Assembly: GCA_002269645.1 (NCBI GenBank)
Contig: NIVC01001935.1
Coordinates: 1 to 64,000 of the forward strand
DNA: 64,000 bases
Origin: Macrostomum lignano
Lineage: Eukaryota
Direction of reading: 5' to 3'
Of the stretch, positions 23,879 through 35,610 are shown piece after piece. Below the pieces are notes generated by a model that saw nothing but the letters and a program-made list of their open reading frames with translations, was not told where the DNA came from and ran no database searches. The first letter of the stretch is position 1. Each line of letters opens with the position of its first letter. The position numbers were made by a program, and so were the translations under genes.

Positions 23879-24958
23879 TAAATCTGAAAAGTTTCTATGT
23901 ATGTATATATGTACATAATCCATTTTAAAGGAATTTATCCAGTCGATTTTTTTCAAACTTGCACCATTTAATCAGAAATTCTTGCGAATCGGTACAGTTC
24001 TCTTGGCTGAGAGATTGCTTCATTTTAAAGGGGTTAAATATTCGAAAACAGTATTTTCCCTATCTAATTAGTGTATTTTTCTTGCAGTAAGAGCTCAATA
24101 CGTCTACGGCCATAGACTAAACTTCGATTCTTGAGTTGATGCAATGAGCTAAAAATAAACGTTATACCTAGCTTATTGAGTGCAAGTTTCGTCAATCCAT
24201 ATACTCTTTTCTGATACTTACGCTTACCTATACTTATTTTGCCTTGACTTTTTATGCATTCATAAATTTTACAGTGTTTGAATTGTTTGAAACCAGAACT
24301 GGTTGTTTGAATTGAAGCCGGGTGTTACTAAAGTGCATAATCACATGAACAGAAATGCCTCGACGACGTTGTGCTAGCAACTTGAATAAAAGTCGGGAAG
24401 CCAAACGAAGGCGTCTTGAACAAAGCGAGTTGCAGCACGAGTTGCAGCGCGAAGAAGAGAGACTGAGGATGGCGGATCACCGGGCGAAGGAAACGGAAAA
24501 CTGAACGGCAAGCTAGACTGGAAGAGTTGCGCCAGCGTGCTTCCGAGAGCCGGGCAAAGGAGACGGAAACAGAACGGCAAACTCGGCTGGAAGAGTTGCA
24601 CCAGCGAGATTTCATTCGCTGAGCCAATGAGGAAGACACTGAAAGAGAAGCTCGACGTAAGAAAGCAAGAGTCAGTGCAGAGAAACAGAGAGCTTCTGAA
24701 ACAGCCACAGAGCGCAACGTTCGCTTGGAAGCAGAGCGGTTGAAGCGACGAGGGTATGTCGAAACAACTACTTTATTTATTTTTTGTTCCTGTTACACTT
24801 CCTTCTATTAGAATTTTGGTTACTAACTGTAACGTTACGATCGTTCAAAATACTTACGTAAAATTATCCTCCTTATGCCCTCCTACAGATTCGAGAAAAG
24901 TATTGCTGAACCATGTGGTTTATCTGTGGTACCTTTTACTTCTCTGTATAAATTACAG

Positions 24959-25570
24959 TCCCTGGTGATGGGAACAGTTTTTTCCATGCCGTATGTGACC
25001 AACTGCATGGCACTGAGTTTCAAACCAATGCTGCAGCCCTAAGGAATGATTTATCGCGATTTGCAGGCCAGGTGTTACCAGAGATAGTTCGGGATGGCTA
25101 TATTGACTCTCAAGATAGCATCGACGCTATTCTCTGTGCTTCTCTTTTTGACGGCACAGACGTTCCAGATTGCTGTGGGTTGAGCACAGCAAACTTATTG
25201 CGAGCTTCACTTGTATTTTCAAGCGTAATTCAGTTCATTTTTGTCTATGGCTGTGTAGGCAGCTAACGGCTGCTTGAGCCAGTAGAGCTCGACTCTCTTA
25301 AACATAATTAATAAATTTGAGAAAAGCTGAGAGCCCAAGAGCTCCAAAAGAACTTAAAAATTCAAGAGCGGTCTTTGCGCATCATGGTCTCCAAAAGCAT
25401 AATACGAAAAGCATAACACAGATGAGATAGTACCACTGCTGACCCGCTTTTTAAATGTAGATTTAGTCATTTATCAACTTAATGGTTCTGTGCTACAACA
25501 CTTTACGTCCGCCGTGCAACCGCCACCTGCTGTCGTTCGAGTGCTTCTGCACAATGAGCATTATGATTCT
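24959..25570 (+). pseudogene. OTU cysteine-protease (deubiquitinase-like) domain inside Helitron 2
   Basis: VPGDGNSFFHAVCDQL (Ser AGT at 24976-78 in the catalytic Cys position) and LLHNEHYDSL (His at 25559-61). Confidence 0.7.
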
Positions 25571-28500
25571 CTTAGATTACAAGATCCTTCTCAGGCTGCC
25601 CGAGAATTACCTAGAACTGCTGCAAGTCGAACAGTAGGCAGTAGGATTAGAGGCTATGCTGCAACTGAAGCAGAAAGATGTGATAGTGCTGGCGTCAGTG
25701 AAGATGGAGATGGATTCTCTGATGCTTATGCTTCGAGTCGCCATTACTCGTAGTTGGGTCCTGAATGTTGGGTTCAAAGCTAACATTGCAATAGCCATAC
25801 AATATGACTCCAGTTCTATAATTAACTTTAATTTTACATCCCTTTAGACCTTCCTGAGGCATGCTGCAGTACATTACAAATGATGAGGTATAACAAGGAC
25901 GTTATCCCAATGCATTAGTCGATTTAGCGATACATGAACACTTTTTCCGACAGGTCTGCAACGCCGGCTGCGCACTCAGCCGGGCGCATGGCCTGGCCCT
26001 GCGGCAAGTGCGGTGCGCTACGATGGATATTGGAAAAGCCCGGAATCTGCTGCAGTGGGGGCAAAGTCAATCTGGCACCACCTAGCGTACCAGAGAAGCT
26101 ACGCAAGCTGTATTCGGGGAGCATCAAAAGGGCAACAGCTTCCTAAATAACATCAGGAAATACAACGCGACACTTCATATGACATCTTTCGGTGTGAAAG
26201 AGTGGATGCTACTCCGAGGGTGCGCGAGTGTAATAATTCATGGAGAAATCCATCACAGGATCGGCAGCCTGCTGCCTGACGAAAGTGGCGCTGCTACATT
26301 CTGTCAAATATTTTTCTGTGACTCCGAGCTGGACACCCGACTGAAGATAGTGGAAGGCTTCGACCGGGAGCTTCTGCATCAGCTACAGACCCTGCTGCAT
26401 CACGAAAACTCTTATGTTCACAGCTTCAAGGCCGCCATTGAAAGGCTAGATGAGGATCCAAGACTGCAGAATGCATCCCTTTTGATTCGAGCTGACCGAA
26501 AGCCTGATGGGGAGCATTTAAGGTTGACCAACTTTATCTATCTTACCTTCTAAAACAATGAGAGAATCCCATAAAAGATAAGGCGTATAATGTGACGTAT
26601 GAGCAATATCATGTGCATGTACGCTACTTTGAGTCAAATTAGGATATATGCCGTAAGTCCACGAGCCAATGAAGTATTTTTCTTACGCCTGGCGCTTCTC
26701 TGAGTTCGAGGACCTCTAAGCTATGAATCCCTGATGAGAGTCGACAATGTTCTGCACCCTACCTTTAGAGAAGCGTGTAAGGCGATGGGTATGCTTGAAG
26801 ACGATGTGCATTGGCGGCTGTGCATGGTGGAAGCTGTAGAGACACAGGTGCCGGTTGCGCTGCAGTGCTTATTCTGTGTTATTCTTGTACATGGTGATCC
26901 CGTGGACATTCCCGATCTGTGGTCTCGGCTAGCAATGGGTGAGGACTTTGTTTACAGTGAATCCGCTGGGGAAAATTGGGTGGATAATCGAGTTCTTCAA
27001 GATCTTGCTTGACGACTTGAGACGATGGGTGGTTGCAAACTCTCGCAGTTTGGCCTACCGGAGCCTCAGCAGCATGCAGTCAGTGAAGCGGAATTCAACT
27101 TCCAGGAGTTAAACAGTTTTGTAGAGGAAAGGGAAAAGCTTCCTAGCAATGAGCAACGAGCTGTCTACGATTCAGTTATTGAAGGTTTGCAAAGGTGGTC
27201 TGCACTTAATCGACGCCGCTGGTGGAACTGGAAAAAGCTTTTTGCTTGAGCTTCTGGTTTCGCGTGTTCGTACTCAGGGAGATATTGCATTTGCGATGGC
27301 AAGTACTGGAATCGCTGCAACTCTGCTTCCAGGAGACCAGACTGCGCATTCTGCTTTCAAAATCCCACTGACATCTGCAAACCAGAGTGAAAGCTTCTGC
27401 GCAATCGGCAAGCAAACTGCTTTGGCAGAGAAGTTGCGGAAAACTACGAGCGTAAATTAATCGTTTGGGATGAGGCTCCAATGATGCATCAAAGGGTTCT
27501 GGAAACAGTTAAGCAAAGCTTGCGGGACATTGTTGCCGACAGACCATTTGGTGGAATCACTACTGTTTTAGCTGGAGATTTTCGCCAGCTTTTGGCTGTT
27601 ATTAAAGGTGGCACTGCAGCTAACACGATAAAGGCTTGTATCAACCAGAGCACCCTTTGGCCATGGTTTCAGCAGCACAAGCTCTCCCGTAATCTGCGGC
27701 TCCTAGCTGAAGAAAACTTTGCGGCTCTGCAGTACGCCGATTTTTTGCTTCAGGTAGGTACTGCACATTTTAGGAATACATTTCTGTAGGTGGGACATGA
27801 GTGGACAAGGGAGACCACACAACACGAAAATAAATTCTGGCTGAAGTCTAGCCGCATAAGTATGTAAAAATATAGCTGTGTGCTGGCCTGTTATAATTAG
27901 TAAGCTTCTTTTAAACAATGCGGATTTAAAAACTGCTTGACGATATTTCTTTGCTTCTAAAATGCCATATGTATGCCAAATAGTCTTTTTACTTTCCTCA
28001 AGGTAGGTGAAGGCCGACTGCCAGAGGATGACAGAGGCAACATAGAACTGCCTAACGAGATATGTATGCCAGAGGGATCGGAGACAATCGACCTGATTCG
28101 ACACGTATTTCATAGCTTTGAGTCATCACTAGATCGGGACCGGCTTTTTGAGTCAAGGGCCATCTTGGCAGCCCATAATCGGACAGTGGACGAAGTCAAA
28201 GCTGAATGCTTGGCAATGTTTCCAGGAAGCCTGGTGGAATACCGTTCAATCGACTCTTTCCTAGCGATGAGGATGCGGCAACCCAGTTTCCTCCTGTGGA
28301 GGCGCTGAACTCTCTGGACCCACATGGATTTCCGCAGCATCGACTGCAACTGAAAGTTGGTGTGCCAATCATGCTGCTCAGAAATCGACACGCTCCGCGG
28401 CTCTGCAATGGCACTCGCCTGATTGTGACAAGACTGGAGTCCAACGTTTTGGCTGCACGTATCGCTGCTGGTACGTTCAAGGGCGAGCCTGTTTTACTCC

Positions 28501-29185
28501 CTAGAATTCCACTGGAACCAAGCGCTGATGACATGCCAATAAAATTTCGAAGGCTGCAATTTCCAGTTCGCCCGTGTTTCGCCATTACTATTCATAAAAG
28601 CCAAGGTCAAAGCGGTTTTTTCTTATTGATTAGTTGAATTGATGAATTCAGACGCCTTGTAACGTCTTAAAAAAGACGTACTTTTTTTACAGCTCATTTA
28701 CTGTTTAGCGCTGTTGTTCATTAACTTATATTGTATATATTATGGTTATTTTTCAATTTTCGGAATTTCCCACTGCAAGTACGATTAAATTGTCTTTTCT
28801 CCATTACCAGTACCAACGTGTGTTTAGTGCTAGAATTGAGTTGTAAAAATTTGAATCCAGGCTAATTGAGCACAGCTATTGGTTATGGAGAAAAGACAAA
28901 TTAATCGTACTTGCAGATGGAAATTACACGAGAATGTATATCTACCCAGTCGCACTTTTCATAGTCTTTGGTCAAAAGAGCTCACTTACACAAGTAGCAA
29001 TTGGTACAGTTCTCTCTTAATAGTTAACATGACAAAAGTGTCAACAGTGGCATACGGTACAGCGGCATATTATTGCCACATCTATTGATTTGGATTTGAT
29101 AACTGCACTGACATATTACTGCAGGATATTTTTAAGTTATTGCTAAATCAAACTGCAAGAATATTTTATTTCAATATTTCAATAG

Positions 29186-30163
29186 AAAGCTCATCACCAA
29201 AAAAGCCGAAGTACGATTTAACAACTCTTACTACTGGAGGAGTGAGATACTCATTGGATGTCCAGATACAACATTGAGAACCTCTAAAGGCTTGGGCCAA
29301 TTCAAACTATTCCGGTGAGTTGTTCGGCTTACTTGTAGCAGATGAAACCACCGAAATAAGACTTACAGTGTTCGGTAAAAGCCTATCCGACCTGTGGACA
29401 CTTTGTGAGCCTACCAAATCTATCGTTGTCAGTGGGGGTAACGTGAAGACTGCCGACAGGCGTTTTAATTACGCTAGGAACAATCTAGAGTGGACCATAA
29501 ACAATGAAAAGGGTGACACTATTGCGCTGTCTGATCGAAATTTGAAAGGAAGCATCCATTATAGCTTTAATAAGATTGCTGACCTTTCCGTCGCAATTGA
29601 CACGTAAGTTTTCAATGTTACCAGTCATCTGTTGAAATTTGATAGACATACGTAATAATTTCATATTATTACCAACATTACACTTTAGGCCTGTTGACAT
29701 TTTGGGTGTCGTGGAGAGCATCCAGGCCCCCGTCGAAGTTGTCACGAAAAAAGGACCAACACTTTAGGCGTCCGTGCTATTAGTGGATAAAACTGGTCAC
29801 TCTGTCAGTGGGACATTCTGGGGTGAAAGTGCCGCTCGGACAGAGAAAATACTAGATGGTCGTCCAATAGCCTGCAAAGGTGTTAGGGTTACTGATTACG
29901 ATGGGCTGACACTAAATTTGTCACATGCCATAGTAACAGATGGCAGTCAACTTTCTGAGTCAAGTCTACTGACTGACTGGTTCTCGATGCGCGATTCATC
30001 ATCGCAGTCAATCCCCATTGGCTCTTCTCAACCATTGAGAACTCGAATGGATCTGTCCAAGCGCAATAAAATCGTGGAAAAAGACGATGATGAGGAAGTT
30101 GTTATTAAAATACCCTCGAGTGTCAAGCGGCTGAAGGGAGGTATTGAGGTAAGGAATCCATGA
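29186..30163 (+). pseudogene. RPA70-like OB-fold gene in Helitron 2 (spliced, degenerate)
   Basis: LFGLLVADETTEIRLTVFG; VDILGVVESI; LVDKTGHSVSGTFWGE...IACKGVRVTDYDG. Confidence 0.7.
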
Positions 30164-31883
30164 AGTGTTTTACTTGCTCTATTAATTAACTATATACGCG
30201 TACTGTTGCAAATTATACTTAATTTGGGGTCTGATATGTTTTTCTAACATTATAGCGCACCTACACCGTTTCCATCGACAATTAAGCAGGCAAAACCAAT
30301 GCTAAAGGCTCTCTAATGGATTACAATTACATATTCCGTAAAACCTATGCCAACTCTTATGTGTTCAAGTGTCGAATATTTACGTCACATGTTTCAACTT
30401 AAATATCTGTCACTCATGTTTGCTACATTCGTAACGGACTCTGTGCAGCACTTAAAGATAAAGGATTTTTCAAGTTAAATGTAACAATGAATGCTTATTT
30501 GGCCCAGTTGTTTCTCCCCATGGTACGTATCCATATTCCAAACTCTGAATGTCTATGTAATTTTTTTCATGATTATCTGTCAAATTTAACATTTAGCGTA
30601 TGTCTGCGTAAGTTGTTACTAAAATTTTTGTTACTACTAATAATATAAATGATATACATATATTGGTCTAATTAATTAAATATTTAGTCGAATTAAACCC
30701 CACAAAATGTAGGGATTATTACGTTCGTATATTGATAAAATATTTCCCATTTGGCCGAGTTTTTTATGAGAATTATATTATATATAGTATGCAAAAGACA
30801 AAAACTTAGACTGCTTTAATTTCATATCAATTTCAACCTTATTCAAAATTTACTAGTGTAACAGACCCAAAACTATTAGAAACTTCACGGCTTGGATAAC
30901 CAATCCCACCGCTAATGACACCAAATGTAACGGATTATAATTTAATTAAACTTGACGGTGTTGACAACAACTTAATGCTAACTTTGCTACTGTCATCTGT
31001 CGACAAGTAGTTTGTGTCGAAAATTAAATCTAACGTTGAGCCGAGACAGGCCCCTTGTCGCGAGTGACCTGTAACTTCCTACGGGCCCTATGTCTCGCGG
31101 AACTATATATTTCCTCTGGGCTCTCTGTCTCCTAGGCTCTTTGTCTAGTTGCAGACTATGAATCACTCGTACTTTAGCACGGCGGTGACTCAGCGTCTGG
31201 CCCAACTCAGACGGGCTTCTTGTCCGCGAAATCTTAGTGAGCGGAGTGACTTGGTTCTCTATTTCCGGTAGTGACAAAGGTCCCAAATGACTTAGAATTT
31301 CGGTAGCTCGAATTTCAGGCCACGAAATATGGCCTGAGGCTATACTGCTTATAATGCACCAGTCGAAGAGCGGTACCCTGAGATGGTCTGATAGAGTAAT
31401 GCCACTGATTTCTTGATAAATTACGTTCCACGATAAATCGATAATTCAATCCCAAAGCTATTTACGTCACGAAAGGTAGTTCGCTGCAACCAATCGAAGC
31501 TATGATTAAATGACTGAGCCAAGCCGTTCCTCAAAGAAAGATTTGCTTAAATTGAACCAAATAACTTAAATTGATTTCAAATTAATTATAGGCTGACAAT
31601 TGTAACTATAATTATCGAACGATAATTGAATAAATAAGTGTTATGTTTTCTTTTACACCGAAGAAAGACGGAAGATAGTGTTTGAGCGTTTGCGAGCTTA
31701 TGCCACTCGAGAGCATAGCCGTTTCAGAACCTTAATATATTTCTTTGGCTCGCGAGCCGTCTCAAGCATTTAATACTGTACCGAGTATCTAGAGTTTCAA
31801 CCCTAGACACTTTAGAAGCAGAAAGCAAACGAGGCCGAAGTCTATAAGAAGTCAGAAGTCACGTCACAACATCCCTCTTTCTT

Positions 31884-34800
31884 TCAATCTTGAGCCTGAT
31901 ACCTCTCCGGCGGTCTTCGCGTTCGCTGAGGGTATCTGCGATCCGCCATCGGTTGATCCTCAGCACTTGAAGGTTCTCTCACTGGCTCATTCGTTGCCTC
32001 GGCTCTGTCCCTGACATGGTCACGGTGCACGACCAGATCTCGTCCTTGCTCGTCCCGCACTCGTCTCAACTGTTCGCCGACAGCTTCGCGCAGCACTCCT
32101 TCCCTCCACTCCTTGTTAAACGGATCCTGGACCCAGACTGGGCTGTAGGCTTGGTCAATCCGCTTGTCTTGAAAGGACCGACGGTGCAGCAGTGAGAGTC
32201 TCGTGTTGAACTCGCGCCCAAACATTTCTCGGCACGGCGCGACTCCGTTGGCTCTTGGGCAGACTCGCACCGCGTACAAAGCCTGTTGCATCCGAACCTC
32301 CGGATCTGGGTCATTCAGCTGCTTCAGCTTGGTCTTCAGCTTTTTCACTGCAGCCTCTGCTACGCCATTTGATGCGGGGTGGTAGCGGGGAGACTTCAGG
32401 TGTAACACTCCCATCCGCTTCAGCCAGGCCTCCGTCTCATGCGCCACAAACTGTCGTCCGTTGTCAGTGACTAGTACATCTGGGATGCCAAAGTTGCAAA
32501 ATGTTCTGCGGAGTACTCTGATGACCGACGTTGCATCGATTTCGCGCACCCATTCGGCAGCGATGAATCCCGTCTTGGCGTCTGAAACCACCAGAAAGTT
32601 GCTTCCATCCAGTTGTCCCAGGTCAGCGTGCACTTGGCACCAAGCCTCCTTTGGTACTGGCCATGGTTTGAGCACCGATTTCTGGGATGGTCTCATGCGC
32701 TGGCACGTGTGGCATTCCGAAACGCACTTTTCTATCTCTGTCTCCATTAGCGGCCACCAGACATACTGGCGGGCCCACGCCTTCATGGCTTGCATTCCGG
32801 GATGGGAACAGTGGAGAAATTGGATGACTTGCGCTCGGAACTTCACCGGGATGACGATCCGATGGTCCAGTAGCAGTAGATGGTCGCTGCAATTCAGTCT
32901 GCACTGTACTCTTCTGTATGAGTCCGGCACGTCCTCACCAGATCGCAACCTCTGTAGAACGTCTTGGATCTCCTTGTCCTCCTTGGACGCCTGCTCCATC
33001 TGATCCTTCGTGACTGGTCCATCTTCTGACAGGGCGATGTCCACCGCAGCAACTTCGTTAACCGCTTCAGTCGCCGTTTTGTCGCTCCAGTTATTTCCGT
33101 CAGTTGGTAGTCTCGACAACGCGTCGGCATGAGGAATTTCGTGCGTTCTTTTGCCTCTGACTAGGTACTGGTACGTGGCCAGCAACTCAGCCCAGCGCTG
33201 AACTCTCTTACTTGCTCTCTCGGGCAGGTCTTTGTGTGATGCGAATAAGAATTCTAGAGGCTTGTGATCGGTCACAATCACAAAACTCCGATAAGCTAGG
33301 AATCGATTTAGCTTCTTGACGCACCAGACCACTCCGAGGGCTTCTCGTTCTAGCTGGCTGTATCGCGACTCCGCAGGTGTGAGTTTCTTGGACACAAACG
33401 CTACAGGCCTTCCATTCTGCTCCAGCACTCCTCCAATGCCGTAGGGCGATGCATCTGTAGTCAGAGTTAGCTCCTTACTTGGATCGTACGGCGCTAGCAC
33501 CTGCCTTGATGTAATGTCCTGCTTCAATTGCATCACGGCCTTCGTGTGTTCTTGTTGCCATGTCCAGCTGACATCTTTCTTCAGCAAGTTATACAGAATG
33601 GCAGTCTTCGTGGCCACTTGCGGGATGAACGGCGCATAGAAATTTATCAGTCCCAGAAATGTTCTCAGCTCTTCCTGGTTTCTTGGATCTTCCATGCTTT
33701 GTATTGCCGTCACCTTATCCTCGTTCATGCAGCATCCCTCCTTTGAGATCTTAAGGGCTAGAAATTCGACCTCTTCCTTGTCGAACTGGCACTTCTTAGC
33801 ATTCAGTGTGATGTCATTTTCTTGCAGCCTTTTAAGTATTATTTCCGTCTTCTCAGCTAAATTTTCCCGGTTTTTTCTACAGACTAGAATGTCGTCAATG
33901 AACACCACCACTCCGAGGACATCCCGAAGCAACTCGCATAGTGTGTTCTGAAACAATCCAGGAGCAGATGACAGTCCGTATGGTAATACCCTGTACCGAA
34001 AGTAACCAAAAGGTGTTGCGATAGTAGTGATATCCCGTGAGTCCTCGCACAGCTCCAGGTTATGGTATGCATCCTTCAAATCTAGCACAGTGAAACGGCT
34101 GCATCCTGAGATGGCTCGTTGCACATCCGCCTTTGTTGGCATATCGATTGGCGGTAGCCGTAAAAACTGGTTGACCCGTCTATAGTCTCCACACAGCCTG
34201 ATGTCTCCCGAGCTTTTGGGAACGACCACAATCGGACTAGCGAACACCGGCTGTTCTACTTTTTCAATTATCTTCCGCTTTTCCAGATCTTCTAATCTTT
34301 CCTTAACGGCTGGTACCAGCGAAAATGGGAGTGGTCGGGCCTTCGATACCACCGGTCTCGTGTTTTCTCGTACTTCCAACTTTACTTGAATTCGCTTATA
34401 AGCCACTGAAGCTTGACAACGGCGTTTGGTAATTTCGATACCCAAACTACTAAACCAATTTCGGCCAATAACCGGCTTTGCGTTCATGTCCATGACTACC
34501 ACAGGCAATGAGCACTCACTTTCATCTTCGGTCTGAACTCGAACATCTGCGGTACCACATACTGGTAGGTCTTGTCCTCCGTATGATGTTAGTCGACAAT
34601 TTGGGTCTGTCCAATGCAGTCCTAGTTGTTCAGCCAAAATCTTAGAAATGCAGGTCACTGATGCACCAGAGTCCACCATCATAGCAACGTCCTTATCGTT
34701 CAGTTTTACATTGATCCAGACGCTTAATCTGTCCCGGTCATCGCATAGGCTAAAAAGTTCATTGTCCTTGGCTGGTTCATCCTCCTCCTCGATTCCTGCA

Positions 34801-34931
34801 CACTCTCGCATTGACAACTTTCCTTTAATGGAGCCAGATGCCATCCTTCCATGTGAGCTAGCTTGCTTGTTAAGCTTACATGCAGCTTCAAAATGGTTCA
34901 TTTTTCCCACATTTTCGACATTTTGCTCCAA
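31884..34931 (-). CDS. pol of the young gypsy element (PR-RT-RH-IN)
   Basis: MVDSGAS protease; LDLKDAY and FIDD RT; TDASPYG, TDHKPL, ADALSR RNase H; H-H-C-C plus VHAD, TDNG, NGVAE integrase. Confidence 0.95.
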   Translation of the reverse strand: MEQNVENVGKMNHFEAACKLNKQASSHGRMASGSIKGKLSMRECAGIEEEDEPAKDNELFSLCDDRDRLSVWINVKLNDKDVAMMVDSGASVTCISKILAEQLGLHWTDPNCRLTSYGGQDLPVCGTADVRVQTEDESECSLPVVVMDMNAKPVIGRNWFSSLGIEITKRRCQASVAYKRIQVKLEVRENTRPVVSKARPLPFSLVPAVKERLEDLEKRKIIEKVEQPVFASPIVVVPKSSGDIRLCGDYRRVNQFLRLPPIDMPTKADVQRAISGCSRFTVLDLKDAYHNLELCEDSRDITTIATPFGYFRYRVLPYGLSSAPGLFQNTLCELLRDVLGVVVFIDDILVCRKNRENLAEKTEIILKRLQENDITLNAKKCQFDKEEVEFLALKISKEGCCMNEDKVTAIQSMEDPRNQEELRTFLGLINFYAPFIPQVATKTAILYNLLKKDVSWTWQQEHTKAVMQLKQDITSRQVLAPYDPSKELTLTTDASPYGIGGVLEQNGRPVAFVSKKLTPAESRYSQLEREALGVVWCVKKLNRFLAYRSFVIVTDHKPLEFLFASHKDLPERASKRVQRWAELLATYQYLVRGKRTHEIPHADALSRLPTDGNNWSDKTATEAVNEVAAVDIALSEDGPVTKDQMEQASKEDKEIQDVLQRLRSGEDVPDSYRRVQCRLNCSDHLLLLDHRIVIPVKFRAQVIQFLHCSHPGMQAMKAWARQYVWWPLMETEIEKCVSECHTCQRMRPSQKSVLKPWPVPKEAWCQVHADLGQLDGSNFLVVSDAKTGFIAAEWVREIDATSVIRVLRRTFCNFGIPDVLVTDNGRQFVAHETEAWLKRMGVLHLKSPRYHPASNGVAEAAVKKLKTKLKQLNDPDPEVRMQQALYAVRVCPRANGVAPCREMFGREFNTRLSLLHRRSFQDKRIDQAYSPVWVQDPFNKEWREGVLREAVGEQLRRVRDEQGRDLVVHRDHVRDRAEATNEPVREPSSAEDQPMADRRYPQRTRRPPERYQAQD

Positions 34932-35610
34932 ACGCAGGGCATGCCTTTGGCGGGTGCCTCTTCATACAGAAATTGCAAGCCTTGCTGAATGTGCGTCCTT
35001 GAGCTTGGGCCCTGTTTTGTTGTCGTACTCTGCCCTTAGTCGCACTGACTGTTTCCACCTTTCCATTAGCGCTCAAAGCACTCTTGCTTACTTTCTCTTG
35101 CGCCGTGGCAGTCTCCACCGCCAGCTCCAGGGTCAGCGGGTCTTTGATAAGCAGCTCTTTCACCACTGACTCACTGCGCAGTCCTGCCACGAATCTGTCT
35201 CGCAAAGCTTCTTGTAGGAAATCTCCGAATTGACATCGGTCTGCTTGAGCACGTAACCTGTTCTCAAAATCTGCCGCTGATTCGTATTCATCTTGCTTCA
35301 GTAAGTTAAACTTGTAGCGCTCAGCTACAACCAGTTTCTTCTGCGGCACGACATGCTTCTCAATTTCATCCTTCAATTCCTTGAAGGTCTTGTTCTCTGG
35401 CTTCGCCGGAGCGACCAGGTTCCGCAGCTTGTCGTAGGCAGTTTCCCCCATGAGGCTTATGAAGAAGTCGGTCTTGGGCGAAAACCCTTCCTCCTTCTCA
35501 TCCTTCACGCCGGATCTCCTGCAGACGGCTTCAAACCGCTCGATCCAGGCCTCGAATTTGTCCTCTGTCCAGGGAAGCTCCCGCAGGTTCTCTCGAGACA
35601 GCGACGCCAT
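34888..35610 (-). CDS. gag of the young gypsy element
   Basis: ATG at 35610 immediately after the 5' LTR; RYKFNLLKQDE, LRDRFVAGL, CNFC...CPA and CRKCGK. Confidence 0.9.
   Translation of the reverse strand: MASLSRENLRELPWTEDKFEAWIERFEAVCRRSGVKDEKEEGFSPKTDFFISLMGETAYDKLRNLVAPAKPENKTFKELKDEIEKHVVPQKKLVVAERYKFNLLKQDEYESAADFENRLRAQADRCQFGDFLQEALRDRFVAGLRSESVVKELLIKDPLTLELAVETATAQEKVSKSALSANGKVETVSATKGRVRQQNRAQAQGRTFSKACNFCMKRHPPKACPAFGAKCRKCGKNEPF

Larger units (their letters stand above)
23673..30300 (+). mobile_element. Helitron-derived element 2 (degenerate; OTU, Zn finger, partial RepHel, RPA70-like); 3' end not located
   Basis: 5' A|TCAATATAACTAAATCTGAAA related to element 1. CGKCGALRW...CCSGGKV finger; NIRKYN...MTSFG; FREACKAMGMLEDD; AAGGTGKSF, GDFRQLL, LCNGTRL and TIHKSQGQS helicase motifs, with many stops. 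The Rep catalytic core is not seen. Confidence 0.8.

Noticed and set aside
30850-31638. A further LTR or coding element around the young gypsy insertion site (continuing 35844-36300)
   Set aside because: There are TGTAAC starts and a tcaggcca/tggcctga hairpin, but no matching end, TSD or protein motif could be established.
34895-34912. Programmed -1 ribosomal frameshift at GGGAAAA in the young gypsy element
   Set aside because: The heptamer is not in the gag frame, pol is in the +1 frame, and the shift splits a CCHC knuckle; a 1-nt insertion or sequencing error fits better.
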